Source of the DNA: Eledone cirrhosa | Lineage: Eukaryota | Reading direction: 5' to 3' | Assembly: GCA_964016885.1 (NCBI GenBank) | Contig: OZ024748.1 | Coordinates: 47,616,001-47,680,000 of the forward strand | DNA: 64,000 bases | Shown here: one piece after another, positions 38,083-54,752 of the stretch | Layout: the number at the start of each line of letters is the position of its first letter | How positions within the stretch are numbered: the first letter of the stretch is position 1 | Program-made: the position numbers and the translations under genes | The notes under the pieces: generated by a model | The model's database searches: none | What the model saw: only the letters and a program-made list of their open reading frames with translations | Told to the model about the DNA's origin: nothing

Positions 38083-38180
38083 AGAGACAGGGCCTGGCGG
38101 CTGAGCCCTTGCCGTTTCGAGAACAGAATCTGGAATTTGCTCTCGCAATGGCATGAGCTCAACCATCGGGCCCTGTCTCT
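38083..38180. mobile_element. Diverged family A-like fold-back
   Basis: agagacagggcc..ctgagcccttgccgtttcgaga is mirrored by tctcgcaatggcatgagctc..ggccctgtctct. Confidence 0.65.
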
Positions 38181-38228
38181 CTGCTATATATGTTTGTGTG
38201 GGGGAGATATTTCATTATATCAACAATA

Positions 38229-38416
38229 GGCGGTGGATTAGCAGTATCGGTAGAGCATCTGACACCATGCTTTGCAGCATAGAGTTATGGACCTTTACGT
38301 TCTGAGTTCAAATCCCACCGAGGTTAACTTTGCCTTTCATCCTTACGGGGTCGATAAAATAAAGTACCAGTAATGCACTGGGGTAATTGCTGTCCTTGTG
38401 CCAAAAATAGAAACAG
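38229..38416 (+). mobile_element. SINE family 1, full length
   Basis: A and B boxes present. 14-bp TSD ttatatcaacaata (38215-38228 and 38417-38430). Confidence 0.93.
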
Positions 38417-38878
38417 TTATATCAACAATATATTATCGCAATACACATGTTTCCCTAACAAGATTTAAAACTCTCCCAGTTCATCAGTTCGGCCATATTC
38501 AGATATAGACATGTATGTATGTATGTATATGTACGAGTGTGTGTGTGTGTGTATGTATGTGTACGAGTGCATGTGTGTGTGTATACACTTTCCTCTAGGT
38601 ACCCTCTCCTCCATCAACACCACCATACAATGTAACTGCCCCGTTCCAGCCACGCCACTCCTATACACGTTTCCTCCTATAAATGTACAGCCACATAAAC
38701 ATACATACATACATACATACATACATACATACATACATACATACGTATGTACTATATTACATAAACAAACATATACATTGATTCACACAACTGTATATTG
38801 TGTGTGCATATATATATATATATATATATACATACACATATATACATACACACTATATACATACATATATATATATAA

Positions 38879-39471
38879 TCTCTATATATAAAACTGAGGA
38901 TGTCTGTGTGTGTGTGTGTGTGTGAGTTTGAATCCCTAAAACTCGAGAAGTACCCAACCGATTTTTTTCAAACTTTACATGTGTATAACTTATGTTTCAC
39001 GGAGTGTTATGCACATATTCAGCTTTTTGATCCCCTAATGAACATTAGGTGAAAAACTGCGGGTTTTTTTCCAGCTTTTTAGGGGTTTTTTGAGGCGTTA
39101 CGTCAGACCGATTTCCTTCAAATTGTAACTATGTATTAGTCTCTTCTTGATACCGTGAGCAAAGAAAATCCTTTTTTCAGCTTTTTGGGGCTTTTTTGAG
39201 GCGTTCCGTCTAGCCGATTTTCCCGAAATTTCAAGGCATATTATACACATAAAAAAAATTCATTTTCTTGATCCCCTAGGGCCCGGATTAGGTGAAAACC
39301 TGCATTTTCCCTGCTTCATCGAGTAAAATCTTAAAGATTATGCAGCCATCAGAGTATTCGGTTTATTTTCTTTACATATTGTCCAGGCATGCAGTTTTTC
39401 CACGATTAGGTCTGTTGGCGGCCCGCGTTCCAAAATACCTTATCCCGTGCAACGCCGAGTACCACTGCTAG
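38879..39471 (+). mobile_element. Non-autonomous Helitron-like element
   Basis: 5' a|TCtctatatataaaa with an internal (TG)n. Subterminal imperfect hairpin cccgtgcaacgccgag and 3' CTAG|t. No TSD. Confidence 0.8.
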
Positions 39472-39710
39472 TACATTATACTTTTACCTACATAAACACA
39501 CACAACACATATATATACACGTCTCAAAGTTTATTCTTCGTATATTGCACATACGTACACACTACACACTTCTTGAATTATATAAACACACTCAACTTAT
39601 ATTACACACACACATACACACACACACACACACATGTACCACACAGACACTACGACACGTTAGATTTGAGTGTGTTTATATATATATGTGTGTGTGTGTG
39701 TGTCTGTGTT

Positions 39711-39757
<47 letters not shown>

Positions 39758-39889
39758 CTCTGTTTATATGTGTGTGTGTGTGTTTATATATATATATGTG
39801 TGTGTGTTTATATATATATATATATATACCTGTAGCAAAACATAAATCAATCTTAACGCCATTACCCTCATCATTGTCATTTCATCTTT

Positions 39890-41255
39890 AGTATCGTCAT
39901 CATCATCATCACAATCACCATCATCACCATCATCACCATCATCATCATCATCATCGTCACCATCGTCACCATCGTCACCATCATCATCATCATCATCATC
40001 GTCGTCGTCGTCATCATCATCATCGTCATCGTCACCACCATCGTCATCATCACATCATCAGTATCACCATCACCATCATCACCATCATCTCTATCAAGAG
40101 ATGATTCCAGTGGTAATATTGAGGTGTTTGTCCAGTTTAATGGCGGACAGGAGGTGTGGTGTGGTGGTATGGTGGTGGTGGTGGTGGTGTGGTGGTGTGG
40201 TGGTGAGGATGGTGGCGGTGATGGTGGTGTGGTGGTGTGGTGGTGAGGATGGTGGTGGTGGTGGTGTGGTGGTGACGGTGGGGTGTGATGGTGGTGGTGG
40301 TGATGGTGGTGATGATGATGGTGGTGGTGGTGATAATGGTGGTGGTGGTGGTGGTGTGGTGGTGTTGATGATGGTGATGGTGGTGGTGGTGTGGTGGTGG
40401 TGTGGTGACGGTGGGGGTGTGATGGTGGTGGTGGTGATAATGGTGATGGTGGTGGTGGTGTGGTGGTGTTGGTCATGGTGGTGGTGGTGGTGGTGGTGGT
40501 GATGGTGTGGTGGTGACGGTGGGAGTGTGATGGTGGTGGTGGTGGTGGTGCTGTGGTGATGGTGATGATGGTGGTGTGGTGTTGATGGTGGTGGTGGTGG
40601 TGGTGCTGTGGTGATGGTGATGATGGTGGTGTGGTGTTGATGGTGGTGGTGGTGGTGATAATGGTGGTGGTGGTGTAGTGGTGTTGATGATGGTGGTGGT
40701 GATGGTGGTGGTACTGGTGTGGTGGTATGGTGATGGTGTAGTGGTGACGGTGGGGGTGTGATGGTGGTGGTGGTGATGGTGGTGGTGGTTTGGTGGTGTT
40801 GATGGTGGTGGTGGTGATAATGGTGGTGGTGGTGGTGGTGGTGGTGGTGGTGGTGGTGTGGTGGTGTTGATGATGGTGCTGGTGATGGTGTGGTGGTATG
40901 GTGATGGTGTAGTGGTGACGGTTGGGGTGTGATGGTGGTGGATGGTAATGGTGGTGGTGGTGATGGTGGTGGTGCTGGTGTGGTGGTATGGTGATGGTGT
41001 AGTGGTGACGGTGGGGGTGTGATGGTGGTAGTGGTGATGGTGGTGGTGGTGTGGTGGTGGTGATGGTGATGGTGGTGGTGATGATGGCGACCATGGTAGT
41101 GGTGGATGTGGTAGTGTTGTGGTGATGTTGCCAATGGTGTGGTGTTGGTGTCTGTGCTGGTAGCCATGTTGGTAGTAGTAGTAGTAGTAGTAGTGGCGGT
41201 GGTATTAGTAGTAGTAGTAGGGATGGTGGTGGTGGTGATGGTGGTGGTAGCAATG

Positions 41256-41298
<43 letters not shown>

Positions 41299-41705
41299 CA
41301 GAGGCTGGTGTAGACATTACTTTCACCCTTGGGTAGACAAAGGCCATATAACTAAAGTTTAGAACTAAACCTTCTTTGTTAAAGTTATCATGGACTGACT
41401 CATGGTGGTGGTTGAGGATGTTGATATGGTGGTGGTGGTAGTGTTGTTGCTGTGGTGGTGGTGGTGGTGGTAGTGTTGGTGGTGATGGTGGTGGTGGTGA
41501 TAGTGTTGGTGGTGGTAGTGTTGGTGGTGATGGTGGTGGTGGTGGTAGTGTTGGTGGTGGTGGTGATGGTGGTAGTGGTGGTGGTGTTGATGATGTAGAT
41601 ATGGTGGTGGTGTTGATAGGTTGATGGTGATGGTGGTGGTGGTGGTGGTGATGATGGTGGTGGTGGTGGTGGTGGTGGTGGTGGTGGTGGTGATGGTGGT
41701 AGTAA
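39890..41705. repeat. (CAT)n, (GGT)n and (AGT)n triplet arrays
   Basis: Directly visible; source of the long poly-H/P/T ORFs. Confidence 0.93.
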
Positions 41706-41906
41706 TGGCTGTGAAGGAAGGAACAACAATAATTCCAATATATAGAGTTAGAGTACACAAGACTTGACGTTAGAACTCCGTCGGTTAGAACGATGAGTGT
41801 ACAAGTTGTTAGAACAATGAAGCGGCCTGCTTTTGAAATTAACAGACATGATGTAGATGGCTTGGCCAAAGAGTAACGTGTGTATGTCCTTAGTCAAGTC
41901 TTTTAA

Positions 41907-42310
41907 CCCTTTACCATTCACGTTACTCTATATATACTATAGGTGGATTGGCAGTATCGGTAGAGGGTCGGACGCCATGCTTTGACGCATAGAGTTACGG
42001 CCCTTGCCATTCTGAGTTCAAATCCCGCCGAGGTTAACTTTGTCTTTCTTCCTTACGGGGTCCATAAAATAAAGAACCAGTAATACACTGAGTAATTTGC
42101 TGGCCTTGTGCCAAAAGTAGAAACAATTATTCTATATATACTATTAGATTTTCATGGTAAAGGCTTTATCTCGCATAATTATCTCACATAATATCGAATC
42201 TATGAGATTTTGAAAATATTTATTTTGAGAACAATACCTTAACATCAGTATGAGTGGTCAGTTTCAACAGAAAGAGGTAGAGAATTCTGGCCGGTTTGAA
42301 CATTAAAGGG
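41907..42310. mobile_element. piggyBac-type MITE with a nested SINE
   Basis: TTAA|cccttta ... taaaggg|TTAA. An uninterrupted relative lies at 56073-56295. Confidence 0.85.
41941..42130 (+). mobile_element. SINE family 1 nested in the MITE
   Basis: 14-bp TSD tctatatatactat (41927-41940 and 42131-42144). Confidence 0.92.
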
Positions 42311-42485
42311 TTAATCTTGTCCATTATAAACCTCTATCACTAGAGCCACCAGCATTCTATCTTATGTTCTAACCCCACTGCCAATTCTCTACCTTTATGT
42401 GGTACTTGACCACCCGTGACCCGTGGGGGTCACGTTCACTTCAAAATATTATTTTTTAAATCATCTTCGTTTAAAACTATATAAT

Positions 42486-42834
42486 TGTTTCTACTTTTGG
42501 CACAAGGCCAGCAAATACCCAGTACATTACTGGTACTTTATTTTATCGACCCCGTAAGGATGAAAGGCAAAGTCAACCTCGGCGGGATTTGAATTCAGAG
42601 CGTAATGGGTCATAACTCTATGCTGCAAAGCATGGTGTCTGACGCTCTACCGGTACTACCAATCCACCGCCTTTTTCTAAATAATGTAACTAAACTTTTC
42701 TTAATAATTGTTTCTACTTTAGGCACAAGGTCAGCAATTACCAGTACATTACTGGTACTTTATTTTATCGACCCCGTAAGGATGAAAGGCAAAGTTAACC
42801 TCGGCGGGATTTGAACTCAGAATGGCAAGGACCA
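42486..42834 (-). mobile_element. Tandem pair of family 1 SINEs inside one target duplication
   Basis: 16-bp tttaaaactatataat at 42470-42485 and 42835-42850. Confidence 0.88.
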
Positions 42835-43161
42835 TTTAAAACTATATAATGTGAAATGAAACTGGAAGCGGGTGTCTGATCTATATGCACTAGTCATAGA
42901 CACACACACACACACACAAAACACACACATATATACCTATATACACACCCTGTCCGCCGGGGCTGTTGGGGAGGGGTCATCGCGTTTCATTCCATATTTA
43001 AGTATGTGCACTACCATATACAGTTAATTGTCATGCCAGTAGTCGATGTTTATCTTCCTTGTATTTCATCACACACACACACACATATATATATATACAC
43101 ACACACGCACTCACATATATATATACACACACACACATATATATATACACACACACGCACT

Positions 43162-43218
<57 letters not shown>

Positions 43219-43300
43219 TCATATATATATATACACACACACACTCATATATATATATATACACACACACACTCATATATATACACACACACACACACTC

Positions 43301-43331
<31 letters not shown>

Positions 43332-43421
43332 TATACACACACAACAGCACCACCAGCTCTCCTCCATTCTCCTTCTCTGTCTCCTCTCCCTCTTTCTATG
43401 TCTCTCTTTCAATCTACTCTC

Positions 43422-43899
<478 letters not shown>

Positions 43900-44271
43900 T
43901 ATAAGCCTTGTTATATTTAGTTAATGGTCCTCACTTTCAGAGTTCAAATCCTGTCGGGGTCAACTTTGTATGCTTCAGGGTTTGATAAAATAAAGTACCA
44001 GTCACATACTGAGGTAAATGTACTGGGTTATTCTCTTCTTAGTTTCCCCCATATTGCTGACATTGTGTCTAAATTAGAAACCATATTTTACGTCTTTATT
44101 TTATGAATTCAAATCCCACTGGAGTCACCTTTGTCTTTCATCCTTCTGAGGGTCGATAAAATAAAATACCAAATCCAATATGGGATCAATATAATCGAAT
44201 CCACACACCCCACCCCCACCCCCCGCACTCTCCCTCGTAAATTGGTGGCTTTCTGCTTGAATTTGAGACCC

Positions 44272-44287
44272 TTACTACTACTACTAC

Positions 44288-44320
<33 letters not shown>

Positions 44321-47300
44321 CATCACCATCAATATAACTAACACTACCACCATCAATACTACTACCACCGTTACTACCACCACTACTATCACGACCACCA
44401 TCAACACTACCACCACCAAAGCTACTACCACTACTACTACTACCAGCACAACCATCAATACTACTACTACCATCAATACTACCACCACCCCTATTATTGC
44501 TACTAATACTACTACCCCTACCACCATCAATACTACTACTAATACTACCAGCACCACCACCACTACTACTACTAATATTAATACTACCACCACCAACATC
44601 AATATTACAACTACTACTACCACTACCAACAACACTTAATACTATTACTACCACCTCTACTACCACCACCCCCACTACTACTACCACCATCACCACTATT
44701 ACTACCACTACTACTATTACCATTACTACCACCACTACTACTACCACCACCACTATTACTACCACTACTACTATTACCATTACTACCACCACTATTACTG
44801 CCACCACCACCACTACTACTACGACCCCCACCACTATTACCATTACTACCACCACTACTACTACCACCACCACTACTACTACGACCACCACCACAACTAC
44901 CACCACCACCACCACTATTACCACCACTACTACTATTACCATTACAACCACCACTATTACCACCACTACTACTATTACCATTACTACCACCTATACCACC
45001 ACCACCACTACTACTACGACCACCACCACTATTACCACCACCACCACCACTACTACTACGACCACCACCACTATTACCACCACCACCACCACTACTACTA
45101 CAGTTATAAAAGGTGTGAATGAATGCCACAACATCATCTCCTCATTATCCATCTCTTCAACGTCTGATGTAATTAAATGTTACTAATTAAATACAAAAGG
45201 AAGAACAAAGACCCGCCTCCAGAGAGGAGGGGGAGGGGGGGACTAAATGACGATGACATCATCATTGCCATGGTGACTATGGTGGGGTGGTGTCTGGTTA
45301 TTAGGTAAAGTGCATCTGTTACGGGGTGGGGAGAGATGGAGCCCCAATTAAGGGTGTTAGTCATTTGTGAACACAACTATCTCAGCCCCTTCTCTCTCCC
45401 TTTTTATTACTAACACTCTCCTTATTGTACCGACTGCAACCCCCCCCCCCCCCCGCCGCCACCGCCACCTCCTCTAACCCCAATTCCGCCCCCTCCCCCT
45501 CCACCCTGTTTCCTTCCTTTTTACCATCAACACCTTCTATACCCCCTATTGTACCTACTATATTCATCACCATCACCACCACCATCATCACCATCACACC
45601 ACCATCATCACCACCTCAACCATCACGACCATCACCACCACACCACCACCATCACCACCATCACCATCACACCACCACCATCACCGCCACCATCACACCA
45701 CCACCATCACCACCACCACCATCACTACCACTATCATCACCACCATCACCATCACCACCGCCAGCATCACACCACCACCATCACCACCGCCAGCATCACA
45801 CCACCACCTCAACCACCTCAACCACATCACCACCACCACCATCACATCACCACCACCATTATTACACCACCACTACCATCACATCACCATCACCACCATC
45901 ACCACCGTCACCATCACCATCACCACCGCCACCATCACACCACCACCATCACATCACCATCACCACCATCACCACCGTCACCATCACCATCACCACCGCC
46001 ACCATCACACCACCACCATCACCACCTCAACCACCTCAACCACATCACACCACCACCATCACACCACCACCACCACCCTCACTACCTCTACCACCACCTC
46101 AATCACACTACCACAATCACACAACCACCACCAATTACCATCACACTGCTACCACCATCACCACTACAATCACACTCACACCACCACCACCATCACACCA
46201 CCACCACTCTCACACCACCACCACCACCACTGTTCCCTCTTCCCTGTCTTTAATATTGAACCTACCTCCGCCACCCCACCACCACCACCACCATCACACC
46301 ACCGCCACCATACTCACACCACCACCACCACCATCACACCCCCACCATCACACCACCGCCACCACCACTACTGTTCCCTCTTCCCTGTCTTTAATATTGT
46401 ACCTCCACCACCACCACCACCACCACCACCATTACTTTATTCTGACCTGTTTGGTTGTCTTTACCCCCCTCGTCCCAAGTGAACCTGCCTCCCCCATTAA
46501 CGCCACCCCTCGCCTATATTCTCTTCTAGTCCCAGTCCTCCTTCTGCCTCCAATACTACCAGCCACACCACCATAGCTAGCATCTAAACAGCAGCACCTT
46601 ACAACTACACCACCACCACCAACAACACCCCCATCACACCACAATCCACACCACCACCATCATCAACAACACCCCCATCACACCACAATCCACACCACTA
46701 CCACCACCACTACCATCATCACACCACAATCCACACCACTACCACCACCACTACCATCATCACACCACAATCCACACCACCACCATCATCAACAACACCC
46801 CCATCACACCACAATCCACACCACTACCAACACCACTACCATCATCACACCACAATCCACACCACCACCATCATCAACAACACCACCATCACACCACAAT
46901 CCACACCACCATTGACAACACCACCACCACCACCATCAACAACAACACCACCATCACACCACCACTGCCAACACCACCACCAGCAACTTACATGCAACTC
47001 CATGCAACCACAACAACCATCATCACCACTACCACCACTAGTCCCAGCACCTTGCAACAACACCCCGCCCCTGCCACCATCACCACCACCAAACAGAAGC
47101 ACCTTAAACCCACACTACCATCTCCACCACCACCACCACTACCACTACCAACCCCCAGCACCTTACATCTACACCAACACTAACAACAGCTCCACCACCA
47201 CCACCAGCCCCTACACAACTCCTTTACATCCACACCCTGCAGTCCCCTCACCCTCAACTCGCCCACACACACTTCCAACAATCATCCACACGACCCCCTT

Positions 47301-47340
47301 CACTCCAAACCTCACCACCACATCTATCCACCCTTAACAC
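44272..47340. repeat. (ACT/ACC/CAT)n low-complexity arrays
   Basis: Directly visible, with short unique spacers. Confidence 0.9.
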
Positions 47341-47771
47341 ACAACCCATCCACACAACTCTACTCTCCAAAACTCACCTTTATCCCACCCACACTCAGCA
47401 ACACCGCCACCCTAAACTGAAAACCAGCCCTGCTCCACTCCAAACTCCCTCCCTTCACTGTCATCCCCACCCTTTTTTTTTTCAAATAAAGACATCTCCC
47501 ATGGCAGTGTTTACTTCATTTGGGTTGGTTCTTTCTGGGTCACCCCCTTTTCCTCAATTTCCAACGGCCTTCATACGCCCACACATCTACTTCCTCATCT
47601 CTACTATCTTTCCCCTCTTCTACAAATACCCATCTCTTTTAAGGGTGCAACGAAGCACCCCCTTTCTGTTTTTCTAGTTTTTCGAGTTTTTTTAAACATT
47701 TTATTTTTTTACTTGCTCATATTCGGTATTTAAACTAAGTTTATAACACCCCACCACACACACACACGCAC

Positions 47772-48492
<721 letters not shown>

Positions 48493-48755
48493 ATATCTAA
48501 TTGGTGTTGGATGCTTAAAGCGTCCATATGCGGTAGGCCATTTGAGCACTCGATGCTCTCATAGAGGAGAGTATGATATCACAGAAAAAAAGAGAATCAG
48601 TGTTGCGACGAATGGAATTTATTGGATATATTACAATCGTGTCTCTGGCGACCAGCTCGAGGCACGATCGATGTGATAATCGAACCTGACTCTGAAAATC
48701 GCAAGGTCCTCAGATACGTCTTGATTCAGATACACTGATTCTCTTCTTTTCTGTG

Positions 48756-48808
<53 letters not shown>

Positions 48809-48814
48809 AACAAT

Positions 48815-49052
48815 GAGTTATTTGGTTTGTTGATTATACAACAAAGTTAATTTTACAACAGATTAGAAGCACTCAACAGTTTTATCCAGAGTATCACTTG
48901 TATCAATAATATTAATAAATGGAAAATATCTTTATAAAACCATATCAATTTTATTATACGTATTTCAAGCGTACTTAATAATTAGTACCCTTGAAATACG
49001 TATAATGAAATAAATTTGGTTTTATAAAGATATTTTCCATTTATTAATATTA

Positions 49053-49058
<6 letters not shown>
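48815..49058. mobile_element. Fold-back element related to 62065-62265, retaining only the 3' half of the hammerhead
   Basis: attatacgtatttcaag is mirrored by cttGAAAtacgtaTAat. Shares agattagaagcactc with 62112. Confidence 0.78.
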
Positions 49059-49116
<58 letters not shown>

Positions 49117-49462
49117 TTATTTCTGAAGACAGCATATATATGTGAAGGTACATATATTTCCTCTGATAGTTTGTAAAATTTTACATAGATCTATATCATA
49201 TACATACAAACACACACATATATATCCTAGAAACGATCGTAAAATGATGAATTTTTTAATATAAGGAACTGTTACTTTGTTTTTATTCATTGATTTATTA
49301 ATTTATCTTGAATCTGTTTTCCTGTGATTTTCATCGAAAATGTTATAATGCATCTTCTCTTTTCCTGATATTTGGATTACATTGAGTTCTTTATACGGAT
49401 TGGACACTATCGTATATTTTGGTAGATTTATCTACATATATCTACATATATATATATATATA

Positions 49463-49635
49463 TAGGAACAAGTAAGACCCCGACGGCTGAGCTCAAGCCG
49501 TTTCGACGGCTAATTCGAAACGGCTTGAGCTCAGCCGTCGGGGTCTTACTTGTTCCTATTACCCACTCTACTACCCTAAGTATTGAGTACTTTGGTGCGT
49601 TATGGTCCACCTGGTTCCTTACCACATTTCCTTCG

Positions 49636-49637
<2 letters not shown>
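49463..49637. mobile_element. Family A fold-back copy
   Basis: taggaacaagtaagaccccgacggctgagctcaagccgtttcga is mirrored by tcgaaacggcttgagctcagccgtcggggtcttacttgttccta. Confidence 0.88.
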
Positions 49638-49695
<58 letters not shown>

Positions 49696-49957
49696 GTATA
49701 TATTGGGTATGGATTGAAGTTGTAGCTCTGCCATACTGCAGGTACTAACCGAATTGTTTGAGGCAATCACAAAGCACTCAATGGAGTGAGCAGATAATAC
49801 ATCATCATCCAGAGTAAACACAACAGTGAGAATAGGGTGACACCGAAGGTGGTGGTCATACCACAACAACAACAAATAGGTTAAAGACATCAGTTATGAG
49901 AGCCTGACCTCTTCAGACAGAAAGACCTATAATAAACATTGAAAGTTAACCCCACAC

Positions 49958-50023
<66 letters not shown>

Positions 50024-50187
50024 TTATTTATTTATTAAAATAAAAGATTTGAGTTTAAGCAAAGAATCGCTGCTTTCACCCTTAACGGGATCTTCTGAAT
50101 CTAAAATAAATTAATCTGTGAACGCAGAAGTAAATATTTCGAAAAACGTTGCAACCGAAGGAAGACAGGAAGACGATACTTTGGTTC

Positions 50188-50605
50188 GTGGAAACGTTCT
50201 CTGGCAAAGAACGAAAAAACACGAAGATAATACGTAATTATTTGGGGCAGTGAAAACAATTACATGCAAAGACAAAACCACGTTTATGATATAACTGAAG
50301 TCGTAGACTAATATTCTATTAGGTGGTTCATGGAGACGTTCTCTGACAATGAACGAAAAAAAACGAAGATAATACATCATTATTTGGGGCAGGGAAAACA
50401 ATTACACGCAAAGACAAAACCACGTTTATGGTATAACTGAAGTCGTAGACTAATATTCTATTAGGTGGTTCATGGAGACGTTCTCTGGCAATGAACGAAA
50501 AAAAACGAAGATAATACATCATTATTTGGGGCAGTGAAAACAATTACACGCAAAGTCAAAACCACGTTTATGGTATAACTGAAGTCGTAGACTAAAATTC
50601 TATTT
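50188..50605. repeat. 142-bp tandem repeat, about three copies
   Basis: cgttctctggcaa..cgaagataatac..ttggggcag..ataactgaagtcgtagacta recurs with a 142-bp period. Confidence 0.92.
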
Positions 50606-50996
50606 AGGAAACCGAATGATCTCTGCTTCAGAGTTAAGAATAATGTAAATAAATTACAGATGTTATTGAAATCAACAATAATTAAATATATACATGCACA
50701 CATCCATATACGTACATGCACATACATACGCGAAAACATCCGCCATGTGTATGCAAATACAGGCACGTACACAAAATCACCCGCACACATACAAAAACCC
50801 ACGCAACGCCTGTACCCGCACACATACGAACGTATACACCAAATACACATAAAACATATATAATATATATATATATATATACATATATATAAATACATGT
50901 GTGTGTGTGCGCGCGCGTATACATATAATTATATAAACGTATATAAATATACACACATAAATACGTATAAAACGTGCGCGCACACCCACACCCACC

Positions 50997-51080
<84 letters not shown>

Positions 51081-51614
51081 GGTGTGTGTGTGTGTAGAAA
51101 GTTAGAAAAAGAGAGAGACCTAGATATAATTCCGGTATAATTCCGACTGCTATATCAAGCGGTTTGGGCTAGTGTGTTCAGTGAAACCTTTTGGGGGAAT
51201 TAAACACGTGTGTATTCAATCAGTTATTTTGGAGAAAAACAATATATAGAGAGAGAGAGAGAATTTGTGTGTGTGTATGTGTATGTGTGTGTGATAGGAA
51301 CGTTAATACCGATATTATATAATTGTATTTATGGGATTATACGTATTTCAGTAACACAAATGTGGAGCAGTTATGCAATCATTACAAGAGCAACTTGCAC
51401 TGATGCGACATCATCAGATGTTAACACAACTATGTGAAAGAGTTGCAGTAGAGCTAATCAAATATATATCGGTAGCAGAGTTATGTGTCTAGTTCAGTGT
51501 TTTATTGCGGATGGGATGTAGGGTGGGGGTCAGTTTGTATTGTGATAGAAAGGATGAATTCTGCTTGTTGTTTATATCAGAAAAACATAGACAATCAATC
51601 TCTGTGAATTTGTT

Positions 51615-51616
51615 TA

Positions 51617-51694
<78 letters not shown>

Positions 51695-51885
51695 TAAATA
51701 TATATATATATATACATATATAAATATATATATATATACATATATATATATACATATATAAATATATATATATACATATATATATATACAGATATGTATA
51801 TACATATATATATATACATATATATATACATATATATATATACATATATATATATACATATATATATATACAGATATGTATATAC

Positions 51886-51932
<47 letters not shown>

Positions 51933-52179
51933 CGTATATATACATATATATATATACATATATATATATACATATATATACATATATATACATATATATA
52001 TATACATATATATACATATATATACATATATATACATATATATATATACATATATACACATATATATACATATATATATACATATATACATATATATACA
52101 TATATATATACATATATACATATATATACATATATATATACATATATACATATATATACATATATATATACATATATAC

Positions 52180-52241
<62 letters not shown>

Positions 52242-52243
52242 GC

Positions 52244-52290
<47 letters not shown>

Positions 52291-52361
52291 CATATATATA
52301 TATACATATTTACATATATACATATTTATATATATATATGTATTTATATATATACGTATTT

Positions 52362-52393
<32 letters not shown>

Positions 52394-52578
52394 ATATATA
52401 TACATATTTATATATATACGTATTTATATATATCCGTATTTATATATATACGTATTTATATATATACATATTTATATATATATACATATTTATATATATA
52501 CATATATATATATATACATATTTATATATATATACATATATATACATATTTATATATATATACATATATATATATATC
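51615..52578. repeat. (TA)n/(TATAC) array
   Basis: Directly visible. Confidence 0.95.
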
Positions 52579-52816
52579 TCATCATCATCATCATCATCGT
52601 TTAACGTCCATCTTCCATGCTAACATGTATATATACACACATATGTATGTATGTATATATATATGTTATGTGTATCCAATGTCTTCTTGTTTATTTTATT
52701 TTATTAATGTACTCATATAGATTATTGGATATGTAATAAATAATAATATACTGTATATTATAAACACATACTATATATATATACATAAATGTATTTGTAT
52801 AAATATATATGTATGG

Positions 52817-52875
<59 letters not shown>

Positions 52876-52932
52876 GGATGTATAAATAAATATACGTACA
52901 CAGTTAAATTTATATAACATTACATAAACAAG

Positions 52933-53008
<76 letters not shown>

Positions 53009-53009
53009 C

Positions 53010-53495
53010 GGCGATGAATTAGTTTTGCGAGGTTTTTTATATGAAATCGTGTGTCGAAACAAATATTGTTATACTTGGGGAGGGTCATATTTGTGTAATA
53101 TTGCCAGAATTAATAACAGAACACACTCACTGTTTGGTTTGTTTTCGCTTTTCGCTTCTGTGTCTTTTATATCGGTAATCTAATTTATTCGGTCCTCAAT
53201 GTTGCCATTTACGTAGAAAGATGGCGTAGAAAATACAATGCAACGGGAGGAAACAATAGCACCACTGACGATGTTGCAGATGTGCAACGAAAGAACTTTG
53301 ATAAACTATATATATGTGTTTGTGTCTATATTGTATCTGTATTATTTTTGACCGTTGGTCAGTCAATGGCAACATTGAGGACCGAATAAATTAGATTACC
53401 GATATAAAAGACACAGAAGCGAAAAGCGAAAACCAACCAAACAGTGAGTGTGTTCTGTTATTAATTCTGGCAATATTACACAAATATGACCCTAC
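53010..53495. mobile_element. Fold-back element with ~125-bp arms enclosing a hammerhead-like motif
   Basis: Arms at ~53081-53208 and ~53365-53492. Shares tattgttatact..ggagggtcat and atggcgtag with 47815-48215. Confidence 0.85.
53261..53302 (+). ncRNA. Hammerhead motif with a weakened stem I
   Basis: acca-CTGACGA-t-GTTGCA gatg TGCAAC-GAAA-G aa C-TT-tgat. Confidence 0.65.
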
Positions 53496-53504
53496 ATATG
53501 AACA

Positions 53505-53634
53505 ACATATATATATATATATACATATATACATATATATATATACATATATATACATATATATATATACATATATATATAGATATACATATACATATAT
53601 ACATATATACATATACATATATACATATATATAC

Positions 53635-53679
<45 letters not shown>

Positions 53680-53978
53680 CATATATATACATATATATAT
53701 ATACATATATATATATACATATATATATATACATATATATATATAAATATACATATATATATATACATATACATATATATATATACATATACATATATAT
53801 ATATACATATACATATATATATATACATATACATGTATATATATACATATACATATATACATATATATATATACATATACATATTTACATATATATATAT
53901 ACATATATACATATATATATACATATATATATATACATATACATATATACATATACATATATACATATATATATATAC

Positions 53979-54039
<61 letters not shown>

Positions 54040-54048
54040 CATATATAC

Positions 54049-54131
<83 letters not shown>

Positions 54132-54168
54132 CATATATACATATATATATATACATATATATATATAC

Positions 54169-54215
<47 letters not shown>

Positions 54216-54218
54216 TAC

Positions 54219-54279
<61 letters not shown>

Positions 54280-54314
54280 TATATACATATATATATATAC
54301 ATATATATATATAC

Positions 54315-54361
<47 letters not shown>

Positions 54362-54752
54362 TACATATATACATATACATATATATATATATACATATAT
54401 ATATATACATATATACATATACATATATACATATATACATATACATATCAACATATATACATATATATATATATATACATATATATATACATATATTTAT
54501 ATATATACATATATACATATATACATATATATATACATATATATATATACATATATACATATATATATATATACATATATATATACATATATACATATAT
54601 ATATATATATACATATATATACACATATATGCATATATATACACATATATACATATATATACATATATATATATATACATATATACATATATATATACAC
54701 ATATATACATATATATACATATATATATATGTAGACATATATATATATATAT
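53505..54752. repeat. (TA)n/(TATAC) array
   Basis: Directly visible. Confidence 0.95.

Noticed and set aside
49120-49165. CTGAAGA followed by a short hairpin
   Set aside because: GAAA is absent (GAAG) and stems I and III are not supported.
49766-49927. Possible minus-strand exon with a tag acceptor and gttagt donor
   Set aside because: All three frames have stops near the acceptor and the peptide is unrecognisable. A UTR or lncRNA exon cannot be excluded.
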